Assembly (NCBI GenBank): GCA_963736855.1
Contig: CAVTQK010000014.1
Span: forward strand, 1 to 64,000
DNA: 64,000 nucleotides
Source: an uncultured delta proteobacterium
Lineage (GTDB): Bacteria; Desulfobacterota; Desulfobacteria; Desulfobacterales; UBA2156
Reading direction: 5' to 3'
Shown: piece by piece, positions 41,953-52,863 of the stretch
Numbering within the stretch: the stretch's first letter is position 1
How the letters are laid out: each line of letters opens with the position of its first letter
The notes under the pieces: model-generated
The model's database searches: none
What the model saw: the letters and a program-made list of their open reading frames with translations, nothing else
Told to the model about the DNA's origin: nothing
Program-made: the position numbers and the translations under genes

Positions 41953-43383
41953 ATGAATACCCTTTCAAAATTTAGAAGTACGAAGGCTGTATGCACCATA
42001 GGTCCCGCCACTTCTACGGCCGATCAGATCAGGCGGCTTATCGTTGCGGGAATGGATGTGGCCAGACTCAATTTTTCCCATGGAGACTGCGACACCCATC
42101 GTGCGTCTTTTCGCACCATTAGGCAGATATCCCAGGAATTAGGAAAAGAGATCGGTATCCTCCAGGATCTTGGGGGGCCGAAGATTCGTATCGGGCAATT
42201 GCCGGTCCAAGAACGGCAACTCCAAGCCGGTGAGAAGGTCGTTCTCAGTCCAGGGGAATCATTGGATTCATCGGTTATTCCCGTCAATTATCCTTATATT
42301 GTCGAGGATGTAGAAGTCGGAAGTCGTATCCTCCTTGCGGATGGATTGATTGAATTGCAGGTAGAAGGCAAAGCGACGGATCGGCTTCTTTGCCGCGTTG
42401 TGGTGGCGGGCGTGGTGCAATCTCATAAAGGCATCAATTTGCCATCAAGCAACCTGAGGATACCAGCTTTTACAGACAAAGACCGGAAAGATCTCGAGGT
42501 CGGATTGGAAGAAGGCGCAGACTTTGTAGCCCTTTCTTTTGTTCGGCATGAACAGGACCTGGAGCCTGTGAAAGCGATTTTGAACCAGAAACCGAACGGC
42601 CCGCTGTTGATTGCCAAGATCGAAACACCGCAGGCCATTGAGAGGTTGGAGAAAATCCTGGCCATGGTCGATGGCGTCATGCTTGCTCGCGGTGATCTGG
42701 GTGTTGAAATGCCGTTGGAAGATGTGCCGATGATCCAGAAAAAGATTATTCGGATGGTCCGCCAGTCCGGCAAACCGGTGATCACGGCCACGCAGATGCT
42801 CCGATCTATGGTAAGCAGTCCGCGTCCCACCCGTGCCGAGGCAACGGACGTGGCTAACGCCATCCTGGACGGTACGGATGCGCTGATGCTTTCAGAGGAA
42901 ACCGCCATGGGAGCTTATCCCGTTGAAGCTGTACAAGTGCTGGATCGGATTGCTCGCGCCACGGAACCTTACTTAAAGGAGCGGGATTTTCTCAATGAGC
43001 CCATGTCTGAGCTTTTGCCTATGACTGCATCAGGGATCAGCCGATCCGCCTGCTGGATGGCCGACAGTTTTCATGCCGCCGGCATTGTTGCCGGTACGTC
43101 TTCAGGCAGTACGGCCCGCTTGGTTGTTCGATTCCGACCGGCTTGTCCTGTGGTGGGGTTGACGCCGTATCTTAAAACCCAACGCCAGTTGACCATGTCC
43201 TGGGGCGTGATTCCCACCCTGGTGCCTCCCTTCTCAGATATTGAGCAGATGTTTGACCTGGCCCGCTCATGGGCCTTGGAACACGGCATCGCCCGGCAAG
43301 GGGATCGTTTGATCATCACTGCAGGTGTGCCTGTCGGGACCCCTGGAAGCACAAACCTTCTGAAGGTGGTAGAGATGAAATAG
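41953..43383 (+). CDS. pyk: Pyruvate kinase
   Basis: TIGPA, RLNFSHG, IAKIE, ARGDLGVE, ATQML, PTRAE. Confidence 0.96.
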   Translation: MNTLSKFRSTKAVCTIGPATSTADQIRRLIVAGMDVARLNFSHGDCDTHRASFRTIRQISQELGKEIGILQDLGGPKIRIGQLPVQERQLQAGEKVVLSPGESLDSSVIPVNYPYIVEDVEVGSRILLADGLIELQVEGKATDRLLCRVVVAGVVQSHKGINLPSSNLRIPAFTDKDRKDLEVGLEEGADFVALSFVRHEQDLEPVKAILNQKPNGPLLIAKIETPQAIERLEKILAMVDGVMLARGDLGVEMPLEDVPMIQKKIIRMVRQSGKPVITATQMLRSMVSSPRPTRAEATDVANAILDGTDALMLSEETAMGAYPVEAVQVLDRIARATEPYLKERDFLNEPMSELLPMTASGISRSACWMADSFHAAGIVAGTSSGSTARLVVRFRPACPVVGLTPYLKTQRQLTMSWGVIPTLVPPFSDIEQMFDLARSWALEHGIARQGDRLIITAGVPVGTPGSTNLLKVVEMK

Positions 43384-43461
43384 TCTCGCAATGTCGTTGG
43401 CTGGTTCTGTTCATTTACTTCTCATGTTTCCCGGAATTTTCGGAAGAGGCCGTTATCAGAC

Positions 43462-44106
43462 ATGACTCAACTACTTTGGCCTGAGATCAGTATAGTTTCA
43501 CTCTGCCTCATTATATTATTGCTTTACCACGTCCAATTGGTCCTGGTTGTACGGAGGACTCCGCTGAAGACGTCCATCGGCCTTACGAACCACTTACGCA
43601 GGGACTGGGTCAGAGCGGTGATGGAGGGCAAGCTGGATCTTTTGGCCGTCCAGACGCTGCGCAACTGGGTCATGGCGTCCAGTTTTCTCGCTTCGGCGGC
43701 CATCGTGATCGGATTGAGCATCCTGAGTGCTGGTTTCAGAACCGATCACATTGCCGAGTGTGCGCATGCGCTCAACATTTTAGGGACCAAGGATGCAACC
43801 ATGTGGTCCATCAAGCTCATGATTCTGACGGTCTGTTTTTTCTTCGCGTTTTTCAGTTTCGCCCTTTCCATCAGGTATTACAACCATGCCAGTTTTGTGA
43901 TCAATGTTCCGACCGCAGATGATCCCATTGTCACCTACGATGCCGTCACGCATATTATCAACCGGGCCAACACCCACTATACGCTGGGCATGCGCGCGTA
44001 CTATCTATCGGTGCCGTTCACACTATGGCTCTTCGGTCCGACATGGATGCTCATGGGGACGGTGATTTTGACCATCCTCCTCTACAAGCTCGACCGGACC
44101 ATCTGA
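43462..44106 (+). CDS. DUF599 family membrane protein
   Basis: LAVQTLRN, SIRYYNH, GMRAYY, WLFGP. Confidence 0.8.
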   Translation: MTQLLWPEISIVSLCLIILLLYHVQLVLVVRRTPLKTSIGLTNHLRRDWVRAVMEGKLDLLAVQTLRNWVMASSFLASAAIVIGLSILSAGFRTDHIAECAHALNILGTKDATMWSIKLMILTVCFFFAFFSFALSIRYYNHASFVINVPTADDPIVTYDAVTHIINRANTHYTLGMRAYYLSVPFTLWLFGPTWMLMGTVILTILLYKLDRTI

Positions 44107-44364
44107 TCGAACAAGAAAAAATGGTTGAGATTTTATTGTTTCCTTCCAGGGGAAAAGATACTTCAAGGCTTTACCGACATTCTATGCTATATATATGGCA
44201 ACGTCGGCGTAACCCGGGAAGCTCTAAAAATTGTCTTTTGGCTCGATTTGTCGCGATGGTTGCGCCTGACGGCTTGAAAAACGCAATTCAGGCGCTATAG
44301 AGTGAGGTGGTCTGGGTTCTTAGGACAGGAGACAGGGATTTATAAGTGGGAAACCGCTCGGCAA

Positions 44365-44571
44365 CTAGGTTTTGAGGTCCTCGACCAATTCCTTCAGGAT
44401 GATCCAGACCTTTTTTCCCCGTCTTCGGGCGATCTGGTGAGCGTCTTCCACCAGGGTTGCCGCCATTTCCGACAACCGGGATGCATCGGGCGGCGGGAGA
44501 TTGGCTTTTTTATAACGCCATACCAGCAGCCGCATGGCCATCTGTTCTTCCTGCTTTCGGAAAAAACCCAT
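44365..44571 (-). CDS. Small hypothetical protein downstream of holA
   Basis: 68-aa ORF co-oriented with ileS-lspA-holA. Confidence 0.6.
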   Translation of the reverse strand: MGFFRKQEEQMAMRLLVWRYKKANLPPPDASRLSEMAATLVEDAHQIARRRGKKVWIILKELVEDLKT

Positions 44572-44599
44572 GGGAATCGCCTTTTCTCGTCAAAGCTCT

Positions 44600-46054
44600 T
44601 CATTCTGAAGGGTTACAAATCGTAAGAAGCACCTTTTCCAGCAGCAATCTCGGTGAAATGGGCGTGGACTTGAGGAGCCGATCGGTGTCGCCCAACAGCA
44701 TGAGGGCGTCTATTAATTCATCCTTCCGGAAGCGCTCCGAAGCCTCGATCAGCTTGAATGCCGGATAAACATTGGAGCCGCCTCGAGTGATCACCAGATC
44801 GGAGGCGATTTTATCGGTTTTTCTCTTCTTTCCTTTACCTGCCGGAGCGTTTTCCGTCTCCTCCTTATCCCATGAGGACAGCACCGCTTCGAGCTGTTTT
44901 CCGTGGGATTCAAGTAGCGGCATCACCTTTTCTTTGAACCGATTGTATGGATATCCCTTGCGCCATTCTCCTTTTAACTCTTTTTCGAAAAACTCTCGGG
45001 CAACGATCAGTCTTCGAACCTGATGGGTCAGGGCTGAAAGAATGGCCATGGGATGAAAATCGGATCTTAAAAGCGAATCTAAGAAAAAAAAGGCCTTGTC
45101 AGGGTTTCGTTCCATTACCGCCCCGGTCAATTCAAAAATCAAATCCACCTTCGTCCTTGAAAGGACTTCCTGGACGTCGCCGAGGGTGATTCGCGGGTGA
45201 TTTCCTGTAAAGGCAATGAGTTTTTCGAGATTTCCTTTCAATACCCCGAGGTTGAACCCTGTCATTTCACAAACCGTGGTGTATGCATCCGGATCCATTG
45301 TTTTACCGGCTTCTTTGAGTATCTCATGAATGATTGCTTTAAGAATATCATCCCGAGCCTTCTTATCCTTCGCGGTATTTCCGGCAGGGACCGAACAATC
45401 AATGACTTTCCCTTTTTCGACAACGGCCTGATAAAGCTCCATGCGCGAATCCACCCGGCTCGTGGTGACGATCAGGAAGTTCCCCTTCGGTAATCCCTTC
45501 CTTATGGCATCTTCGAGTATCTTTGCATCGCTTTTCACGTCGGGAATCGACAGATTGTTTTCTTTACAATAATGCACCAAATCCTCGATCCACGCTCCAT
45601 TCCCAACGGTTGCCGGATCGCGTTTACCGGTTTTATTTTTAATGATGTCCGGCATATCTTCAAAATCGATGCGGGATGCAGCCATCCAAGTCAAAAAATA
45701 TTGGGTCGCCTTTGGGGTTTCATCGGTTTCGTAGGCCTCTTTCGCCTTTTTCAGGATCGTATCCGAATCCGTTTGGGGGGAAAAAACCATGGCGTCAAGA
45801 AGGGCTACCACCTTCTTTTCCGAAAAAAGAGAAAAGGTGGCGATTTTTTGTACGGCTTCCCGGACATCGACAACGGTGCCGTCAAGAGGTTCATAACCAA
45901 AGCCCTCCCCTTCAGGAAATATCTTTCTCAAAAGGGCGCCCAGAGCCCGTTTGCAAAGAAAGGGCTCCCCGAAAATCAAATAGACCGAAGGGTTTTCCCC
46001 GTCTCGGATCTCATTTAAGCAGACTTTAAGTTCATTTGAATAGATCGCAGGCAC
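44600..46054 (-). CDS. holA: DNA polymerase III delta subunit (long form)
   Basis: VYLIFGE, NLEKL, IFEL, DRLLKS; GTG start with AGGAGG RBS. Confidence 0.75.
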   Translation of the reverse strand: MPAIYSNELKVCLNEIRDGENPSVYLIFGEPFLCKRALGALLRKIFPEGEGFGYEPLDGTVVDVREAVQKIATFSLFSEKKVVALLDAMVFSPQTDSDTILKKAKEAYETDETPKATQYFLTWMAASRIDFEDMPDIIKNKTGKRDPATVGNGAWIEDLVHYCKENNLSIPDVKSDAKILEDAIRKGLPKGNFLIVTTSRVDSRMELYQAVVEKGKVIDCSVPAGNTAKDKKARDDILKAIIHEILKEAGKTMDPDAYTTVCEMTGFNLGVLKGNLEKLIAFTGNHPRITLGDVQEVLSRTKVDLIFELTGAVMERNPDKAFFFLDSLLRSDFHPMAILSALTHQVRRLIVAREFFEKELKGEWRKGYPYNRFKEKVMPLLESHGKQLEAVLSSWDKEETENAPAGKGKKRKTDKIASDLVITRGGSNVYPAFKLIEASERFRKDELIDALMLLGDTDRLLKSTPISPRLLLEKVLLTICNPSE

Positions 46055-46091
46055 CGATCGCCTCCTGCCATGATGCTGCCGGAAAAGGACG

Positions 46092-46583
46092 TTAATCCGG
46101 TATCTTTTTAAAAATGAGGTAGAAAAGAAAAACGCCCGCACCCAGAGTTACGGCGCTGTCAGCCACGTTGAAAGCCGGCCAGTGAAGATCTTTCCAATAG
46201 AAGTCGAGGAAATCTACAACCCTTCCATAACGGATGCGGTCGATGACGTTTCCTGCGGCACCTCCCAGGATCAGGGCAATCCCTGCACGAAGCAAGGAGT
46301 ATTCTTTAGGGAGCTTCCGAAAAAGAACGATCAGTAGTGTCGCGGCGATAAGGGTTCCGGCCACAAAGAAGAGACGCTTGATGTCGGAATATCCGTTCGA
46401 CAAAAAACCGAATGCGCCGCCCGGGTTTTGCAGATGCACGATATTGAAAAACCCTTGGATGACCGGAACGGATCCATTACGGGGAATCGATGTCATGATC
46501 AGAGACTTGGTAGACTGATCGAGGATCAACACCAAAAGAGAAAGGGCGGCGAGCAGCACCCATTTAGATTTTGTGGGCGCCAT
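46092..46583 (-). CDS. lspA: Lipoprotein signal peptidase II
   Basis: DQSTK, NPGGAFG, GAAGNVIDR, VVDF, FNVADS. Confidence 0.95.
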   Translation of the reverse strand: MAPTKSKWVLLAALSLLVLILDQSTKSLIMTSIPRNGSVPVIQGFFNIVHLQNPGGAFGFLSNGYSDIKRLFFVAGTLIAATLLIVLFRKLPKEYSLLRAGIALILGGAAGNVIDRIRYGRVVDFLDFYWKDLHWPAFNVADSAVTLGAGVFLFYLIFKKIPD

Positions 46584-46633
46584 TTTTTTTATTCGATCGG
46601 ATTTCCCGAGTCGGTAAGGTTCATGATCCTGCC

Positions 46634-49442
46634 TCATTCCTTCAAACCCATCGCGTTCAATGCTTCGAGGCATCGGTGGCATATGTCCGGATGCCGGAGA
46701 TCGGTTCCTACGGAAGTTGTATGGACCCAGCACCTCTCACATTTTTTGCCGGGTGCATTTTTCACCAGAACGGCAAGCCCGTCGATGGCTGCGCTTATAA
46801 ATGCGTTATCTCCGGGTGCATCCGGTGTGAGGATTGCCTCCGATACGATCAGGATAGATCGCAAATCCGCATCGAATTCTTTTAAAAATTCATGGAGCTC
46901 CCCTTGGGCATACAGCGTAATCGACGCATCCAAGGGGTGCCCGATACGCTTTTCGGCCCTGGCCATCTCCAGTGCTTTCAGCGCCTCGCTGCGCACCTGA
47001 AGCATGCGGTTCCATTTTTGGGCCAATTCCGGTTTGATGTAGACAGGGTTCGTCTCGGGAAGCGCCGCCATGTGAATGCTTTCGGCCTGGTCACCACCGG
47101 CCGGCATATGCCGCCAGATCTCTTCCGCGGTGAATGCCAATATCGGGGCCATGAGCCGTGAAATGACATCCACGATGTTGTAGAGGACGGTCTGGGCGCT
47201 TCTGCGCGATGCGGATCGCGGCGGCGCGGTGTAGAGCCGGTCCTTTAGAACATCGAGGTAAAAAGCGCTCAGATCCAAGGCGCAGAAGTTGTGCAATGCA
47301 TGGTAGATGATGTGAAACTCATAGTCGTCGTAGGCTTTGACCCCTTTTTCGATGAGTTCCTGGAGCCGGTGTAATGCAAACCGATCGATCTCCGGCATAT
47401 CCGCATAGGCCACTGCATCTGCCTGAGGATTGAAATCGAAAAGGTTCCCCAGCATGAACCGGCACGTGTTTCGGATGCGTCGGTAGGCATCGGTAAGCTG
47501 TTTGAGGATGTTTTCCGAAATGCGGATGTCCTCCCTGTAGTCCGTGGCACACACCCACAAGCGCAGGATCTCGGCTCCATATTTCTCAATGACTTCCCTG
47601 GGAGCCACGATGTTTCCCAACGACTTGGACATTTTTCTTCCTTCGGCGTCCACCACAAAACCGTGGGTCAGCACCGCGTCATAAGGGGCCCGGCCCCGGG
47701 TCCCCACAGCAGTCAGCAAGGCACTGTGAAACCATCCCCGGTGCTGATCGCTTCCTTCCAGGTAAAGGTCTGCCGGCCATTTCAACCCCGGCCGTTTTTC
47801 CAGCACCGCCGCGTGGCTTACTCCGGAGTCGAACCAGACGTCCAAGATATCCGATTCCTTGACGAAATTTTTACTGCCACACTGGGAACAACATTTCCCT
47901 TCAGGCAAGAAATCCGATATTTCCTTTTCAAACCAGATGTCGGCTCCGTGGGCTTCAAACTGGGCATAGACCATCTCCATGATGGCATCGTCCAAAAGGA
48001 TCGTATTGCAATCCCTGCAATAGAATACCGCGATAGGAACCCCCCACGCCCGCTGCCGGGAGACGCACCAGTCGGGCCGACCTTCGATCATCCCATAGAT
48101 CCGCTCCCGTCCCCAGTGGGGAATCCACCTGACCCGATCGATTTCCTCCAGGGAACGTTTTCTCAATCCTGTCTTGTCCATAGAGATGAACCACTGTGGG
48201 GTTGCTCTAAAAATAACCGGATTTTTGCACCGCCAGCAGTGGGGATAAGGGTGGGTTATGGACCCCTCGTTCAAAAGGGCTCCTGTCTCTTTCAGCTTTC
48301 GATTGATGGCCGGGTTGGCATCAAAAACGAACTGCCCTCCGAAAAAGCCTACATCCTCCGCGAATCGGCCCTCATCGTCCACCGGCGAATAGATATCAAG
48401 ACCGTACTCAAGCCCAACCTCGTAGTCTTCCCTGCCGTGCCCCGGAGCGGTGTGGACACAACCGGTCCCGGCATCCAGGGTGACATGGTTCGCCAGAATG
48501 ATCTGCGATGTCCGATTGTAAAGGGGATGGCGGCAGGTTTTTCCCTCCAGACCCTTGGACTCCAAAGTGCCGATAATCGAGGCATCGGACCTGCCGAAGA
48601 TCTCCATACAGGCATGGGCCAGGTATTTGGCCATAATATAGACTTCTCCATTACCGGCATCCATCGCTGCATATTCGAAATCCGGGTGCAGGGCGATAGC
48701 CAGATTGGCAGGAATCGTCCATGGCGTGGTTGTCCAGATGACCATGGATACCCGCTTCCCCGATAGTGCCAGGGAGGGCCTCACTCAGGTCATCGATCAT
48801 CGGGAATTTAACGTATATGGAAGGGGATGCGTCATCCTTGTATTCGATTTCGGCCTCGGCCAGCGCCGTACGGCACGTATTACACCAGTAAATCGGCTTT
48901 TTACTCCGAAACAGGCTTCCGTTTTTTGCAAACTTTCCGCATTCCCGTGCGATGGTGGCCTCGTAGTCATAAGTCATGGTGAGATAAGGCGACTCCCAGT
49001 GGCCCATCACCCCCAGGCGCTTGAACTCTTCCCTTTGGATGTCGATGAACTTTTCGGCGTAAGCACGGCACAGCCGGCGTATCTGAGCCTGGGAGAGTGT
49101 CCTTTTCTTGTCCCCCAGCTCCTTATCGACATTGTGTTCGATGGGGAGTCCGTGGCAGTCCCATCCCGGCACATAAACCGCGTCAAACCCCGACATCTGG
49201 CGGGACCGTACGATGATGTCTTTCAAGATCTTGTTCAATGCAGTGCCGATATGGATATTACCGTTGGCGTAAGGGGGGCCGTCGTGGAGGATAAACTGTT
49301 TTCGGCCCGAGGAAAGCTTCCGGATTCGATCATGCAGGTGGATATCCTCCCAGGCTTTGAGTTGTTCAGGCTCACGTTTATACAGGTTAGCCTTCATGGG
49401 GAAAGATGTTTCAGGCAGGTTCAGTGTCTTTTTATAGTCCAT
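46634..49442 (-). CDS. ileS: Isoleucyl-tRNA synthetase (frameshift near 48780)
   Basis: [41 protein letters not shown]-terminal CERCW zinc finger. Confidence 0.95.
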
Positions 49443-49616
49443 TTTTTTCTCCGAGAGAACGATAAATTCAAAATTATAAATTTATGCGGATCTCCATTTG
49501 ATGTCAAGGGAAACCATTTTGCTTGTAAACTCGCGCCATATATGTCACTGAAAGATTTATCAAACTCCAAATCGGGGAATCAGACAGGCTTTCAAGAAAA
49601 GAGGTACACTCGGATC

Positions 49617-49889
49617 ATGAGTAATCGGAGCAAGAGAGATTACGTCCGGTTGAAAGTGTCCAGACCGGTCGAATTCACTGTCTGGGGACGGCGCTATGAA
49701 GGTAGGATCACCGATGAAGGCGGAGGAGGGGCATTTATCGATACCTCGGGACGGTTTAAGCTGGGGCAGGAAATCAAACTGAGCTATCTGTCTCCTCAGA
49801 GGATCCTCATTGAAAAAAGCGGAATGATTGTCCGCGTCGACGAAAACGGAATCGCCGTGCGCTTCCACCACCCGGGATATGCCCGGTGA
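49617..49889 (+). CDS. Stand-alone PilZ domain protein
   Basis: RDYVR and DEGGGGAF motifs. Confidence 0.7.
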   Translation: MSNRSKRDYVRLKVSRPVEFTVWGRRYEGRITDEGGGGAFIDTSGRFKLGQEIKLSYLSPQRILIEKSGMIVRVDENGIAVRFHHPGYAR

Positions 49890-49902
49890 ATTCAGGCTTT
49901 TT

Positions 49903-51549
49903 TCATAAGTCAGGGATTGTATCCGGTCCTGCCGATTGCCGTTTTTCCCGGTAGATCATCACCCCCATAATGCCCATCTGAAGCATGGAAAGGCCCACAA
50001 AATACCAGATCCACAATGGAAGCCCCACAATTACAGGATCCACACGCCCCCAGGACCAAAAATCGGTTCCCATAAAAAAAGTGAGACCCAGCAAGTAGAA
50101 ATAAGGCGATTGCATCCAGGCTGGAAAGGAAAAAACCAAGTGCCCCTTTTTCCATGCCAAAATCCCATAGGTCAATAGATAGATCCCGAATGCGATGAGC
50201 ATGACATAAACTACCGGTAAAAACCTGTTGGCGGATAACCACTTCAAATAAAAAGCGATCACGGCGGCTTCACCGGTGATAATAGATAACATGGCCGGCA
50301 GTGCATATCGGCGCTTGAAATAAAGGCCAAAGATGACGGTGGGAAAAAGCACCGCCAAACCGGTAAAGGTCTGGGTGGCGATCTGCAAGATGGTGGCCGG
50401 CGGCCGAAAGGCCAGAACCAGTCCTGCAAAGCCTAAAAGCGCCACAAACACTTTCCCGGTAGCCTCTTTTTGAACGGCGCTTGGACACATCAAGAATAAA
50501 ATGTCCCGGGAGAAAATCGAGCTTAGAGTCAACAACTGAGAATCCATCGTGGACATGAGGGCGGCCAGCCCGCCGGCGATCACAAGAGCCGCCATAGCAT
50601 CGCCTGAAAGGGAGGTCATCAACATGGGCAAAATGCGATCGGCCTGGCTTCCGGTCAACCCCGGTATCGAAAGGCGGCCTAGGACCCCGATTCCGACGGG
50701 CATGACGAAGACCGCTGTGCAGATCAGAGGATAATAAAGCATCATGAAACGGATCGTTTTTCGGCTGCGGGCGGCAAAAAACCGTTGAAAAAGTTGAGGA
50801 AACATCGGATCGCAGAAAAACCAGAGCATCATGAAACTCATCCAAATCCCGGGCGAGTATGCCCCCATGCCGCCGGGCCTGGAAAAAAGTTCCGGTGTCG
50901 TGGAAAGGGCCTTTTGGTGTGCCGCCACGAAGCCGCCATGATGTCCCGCTACGATGATGAGGGAGATCAATAGCATGACGAACATCAGCATCCCTTGAAA
51001 AAGGTCGGTCCAGGCCACCGCCCGCATCCCGCCGGTCAGGGTATAAAGCACGATGACGGCAGTCACCAGGGTGCAACCGCCAAAATAGGGCAATCCCAAC
51101 AGTTCCTCCAGGGCGTACCCGGCCGCCATGGGCTGCAATGCCAAATACGGCATGGTGAAGACGATCATTACCAGTGCAAATAAAATGGAAAGCGGGGGGC
51201 TTTCGTAAAGATGCCGGATCAACTCCGGCGGCGTAACGGCACCGGTTTTTCGGCCGACTTCCCAGATGCGCCGACCCAGGATCCAGAAAGTAACCGCCAT
51301 AAACCCGGTGCCGAACCCCATGATAGGGAAAAAGGCGTATCCGTCGCGATAGCCGGCTCCCGATGCTCCAAACACGGTAAAGGCCGAAAAATTTGTAGCG
51401 GCCATGGTCCCAAGCAAGACAACGGATCCGAGCTTTCGATCGGCCAGAAAATAACCTTCAGGGGTGAAATCAAACCGTCTCCTGGCCAACATCCCAATTA
51501 TCAGAACGATCAAAAAATAGCCTGACAATATAGCAATTCTAATAATCAT
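49903..51549 (-). CDS. Sodium:solute symporter (PanF/PutP family) with C-terminal DUF997/DUF3311-like extension
   Basis: YFLADR, TNFSAFT, GGMRAVAWTD, AALMSTMDSQLL; tail DFWSW...GLPLWIW. Confidence 0.88.
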   Translation of the reverse strand: MIIRIAILSGYFLIVLIIGMLARRRFDFTPEGYFLADRKLGSVVLLGTMAATNFSAFTVFGASGAGYRDGYAFFPIMGFGTGFMAVTFWILGRRIWEVGRKTGAVTPPELIRHLYESPPLSILFALVMIVFTMPYLALQPMAAGYALEELLGLPYFGGCTLVTAVIVLYTLTGGMRAVAWTDLFQGMLMFVMLLISLIIVAGHHGGFVAAHQKALSTTPELFSRPGGMGAYSPGIWMSFMMLWFFCDPMFPQLFQRFFAARSRKTIRFMMLYYPLICTAVFVMPVGIGVLGRLSIPGLTGSQADRILPMLMTSLSGDAMAALVIAGGLAALMSTMDSQLLTLSSIFSRDILFLMCPSAVQKEATGKVFVALLGFAGLVLAFRPPATILQIATQTFTGLAVLFPTVIFGLYFKRRYALPAMLSIITGEAAVIAFYLKWLSANRFLPVVYVMLIAFGIYLLTYGILAWKKGHLVFSFPAWMQSPYFYLLGLTFFMGTDFWSWGRVDPVIVGLPLWIWYFVGLSMLQMGIMGVMIYREKRQSAGPDTIPDL

Positions 51550-51560
51550 GTCATTCCCTC

Positions 51561-51615
51561 CAAAAAAAAATGCCACCCCGGTCGGGATGGCATCGCCTGA
51601 CATAACCTTTGATTG
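51561..51615 (-). promoter_or_regulatory. Leader attenuator / candidate riboswitch upstream of the symporter
   Basis: Minus strand GGTTATGTCAGGCGATGCCATCCCGACCGGGGTGGCAT plus T-run directly before the RBS; TTGATC-17-TAAATA promoter upstream. Confidence 0.65.
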
Positions 51616-51822
51616 GAAATAAATTTTTTGTGTATTTATCTGAAAACCATCAACAGATCAAGTCCTTTTTTAACCTCTTTTTTGATTTAATAAAGGGTTA
51701 AAATTTAATATCTAGAAAGGACTATGCCGAAGCGATGGCATCTTTTTTTAATTTTTTCTTGTATTTTAATGTTCGTTTATGATTGCTATGCAAAAAGATA
51801 AATTGATGACTTAGGCCTGAGG

Positions 51823-52019
51823 ATGGCTTTCTCTTCGAAAAAACCAGACTATTTTCCCGTCCAACGCCGCAACTTGATTCTTGATCGGAAGTCATCACCG
51901 ACGACCGCCTTGACCCTCGGATTTGGCGCCGGCTGGAAAAGCAGGGCGTTAAGGTATCGATAGCCCCATCCACAAGCCCATCGAGGGACTCCCATCAGGA
52001 AAGGAGAAAAACACGTTGA
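51823..52019 (+). pseudogene. DeoR-family regulator with large internal deletion
   Basis: MAFSSKKPDYFPVQRRNLILD joined out of frame to EVITDDRLDPRIWRRLEKQGVKVSIA; stop overlaps the panB start. Confidence 0.65.
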
Positions 52020-52861
52020 AAAAGAAACTGACGCGCTTTGATCTGCAAAACATGAAAGACAACGGCCGGCGCGCGGTTTGGATCACCGCATATGATTACA
52101 TCACCGCCCAACTGGCAGAGGAAGCGGGCATGGACATGCTTCTGGTAGGCGACAGCCTCGGAATGGCCATTTACGGGTATCCGGGAACCATCCCGGTCAC
52201 CATGGACCAGTGCATTTGCCACGCCGAAGCCGTTCGCAGGGGCGCTCCAAATACTTTCGTGATCGGCGATATGCCGTTTGGAGCTTACCAGATCAGTATC
52301 CATGACGCAGTGCGCAACGCTGTGCGATTCCATAAAGAGGCCGGGGTGGACTGTGTGAAACTGGAGGGCGGCAAACGGGTAGGCCGGGTTATCCGGGCCA
52401 TTGCTGACGCCGGGATGCTGGTGATGGGGCATGTGGGGCTGACGCCCCAGAGTTCGAGCGCTTTGGGCGGATTCAAAGCCCAAGGCCGCACCGCCGAGAG
52501 TGCCCGGGCCGTTATCGAGGATGCCAAGGCGGTGTACGATGCTGGGGCATTCTCCGTGCTGGTGGAAGGTGTCCCGCCAGAGGTCACCCGGATCATCTGC
52601 CGGGAGATTCCCATACCGGTTTACGGCATTGGGGCTGGAGACTGCGACGGTCAGGTCATGATCTGCGTGGACATCCTCGGTCTTTTCCAGGCATTCACAC
52701 CCAAGTTCGTCAAACGGTACGGTAATGTGGCCGACGAGTATCGGAAGGTGTTTTCTACCTATATCGAGGAAGTGCGCAAGGGGGATTTTCCCGGCAAAGA
52801 ACACGTCTACCATATGGAAGAAGGAGAGATCGAGAAGCTGGCGGCGGAGTGGAAAAAATAG
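52016..52861 (+). CDS. panB: Ketopantoate hydroxymethyltransferase family
   Basis: ITAYD, LVGDSLG, DMPF, VKLEGG, HVGLTPQ, GIGAG, PKFVK. Confidence 0.92.
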   Translation: MKKKLTRFDLQNMKDNGRRAVWITAYDYITAQLAEEAGMDMLLVGDSLGMAIYGYPGTIPVTMDQCICHAEAVRRGAPNTFVIGDMPFGAYQISIHDAVRNAVRFHKEAGVDCVKLEGGKRVGRVIRAIADAGMLVMGHVGLTPQSSSALGGFKAQGRTAESARAVIEDAKAVYDAGAFSVLVEGVPPEVTRIICREIPIPVYGIGAGDCDGQVMICVDILGLFQAFTPKFVKRYGNVADEYRKVFSTYIEEVRKGDFPGKEHVYHMEEGEIEKLAAEWKK

Positions 52862-52863
52862 CC

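Noticed and set aside
48651..48790. Programmed frameshift in ileS
   Set aside because: Essential gene with a single indel and no evident slippery site plus stimulatory structure.
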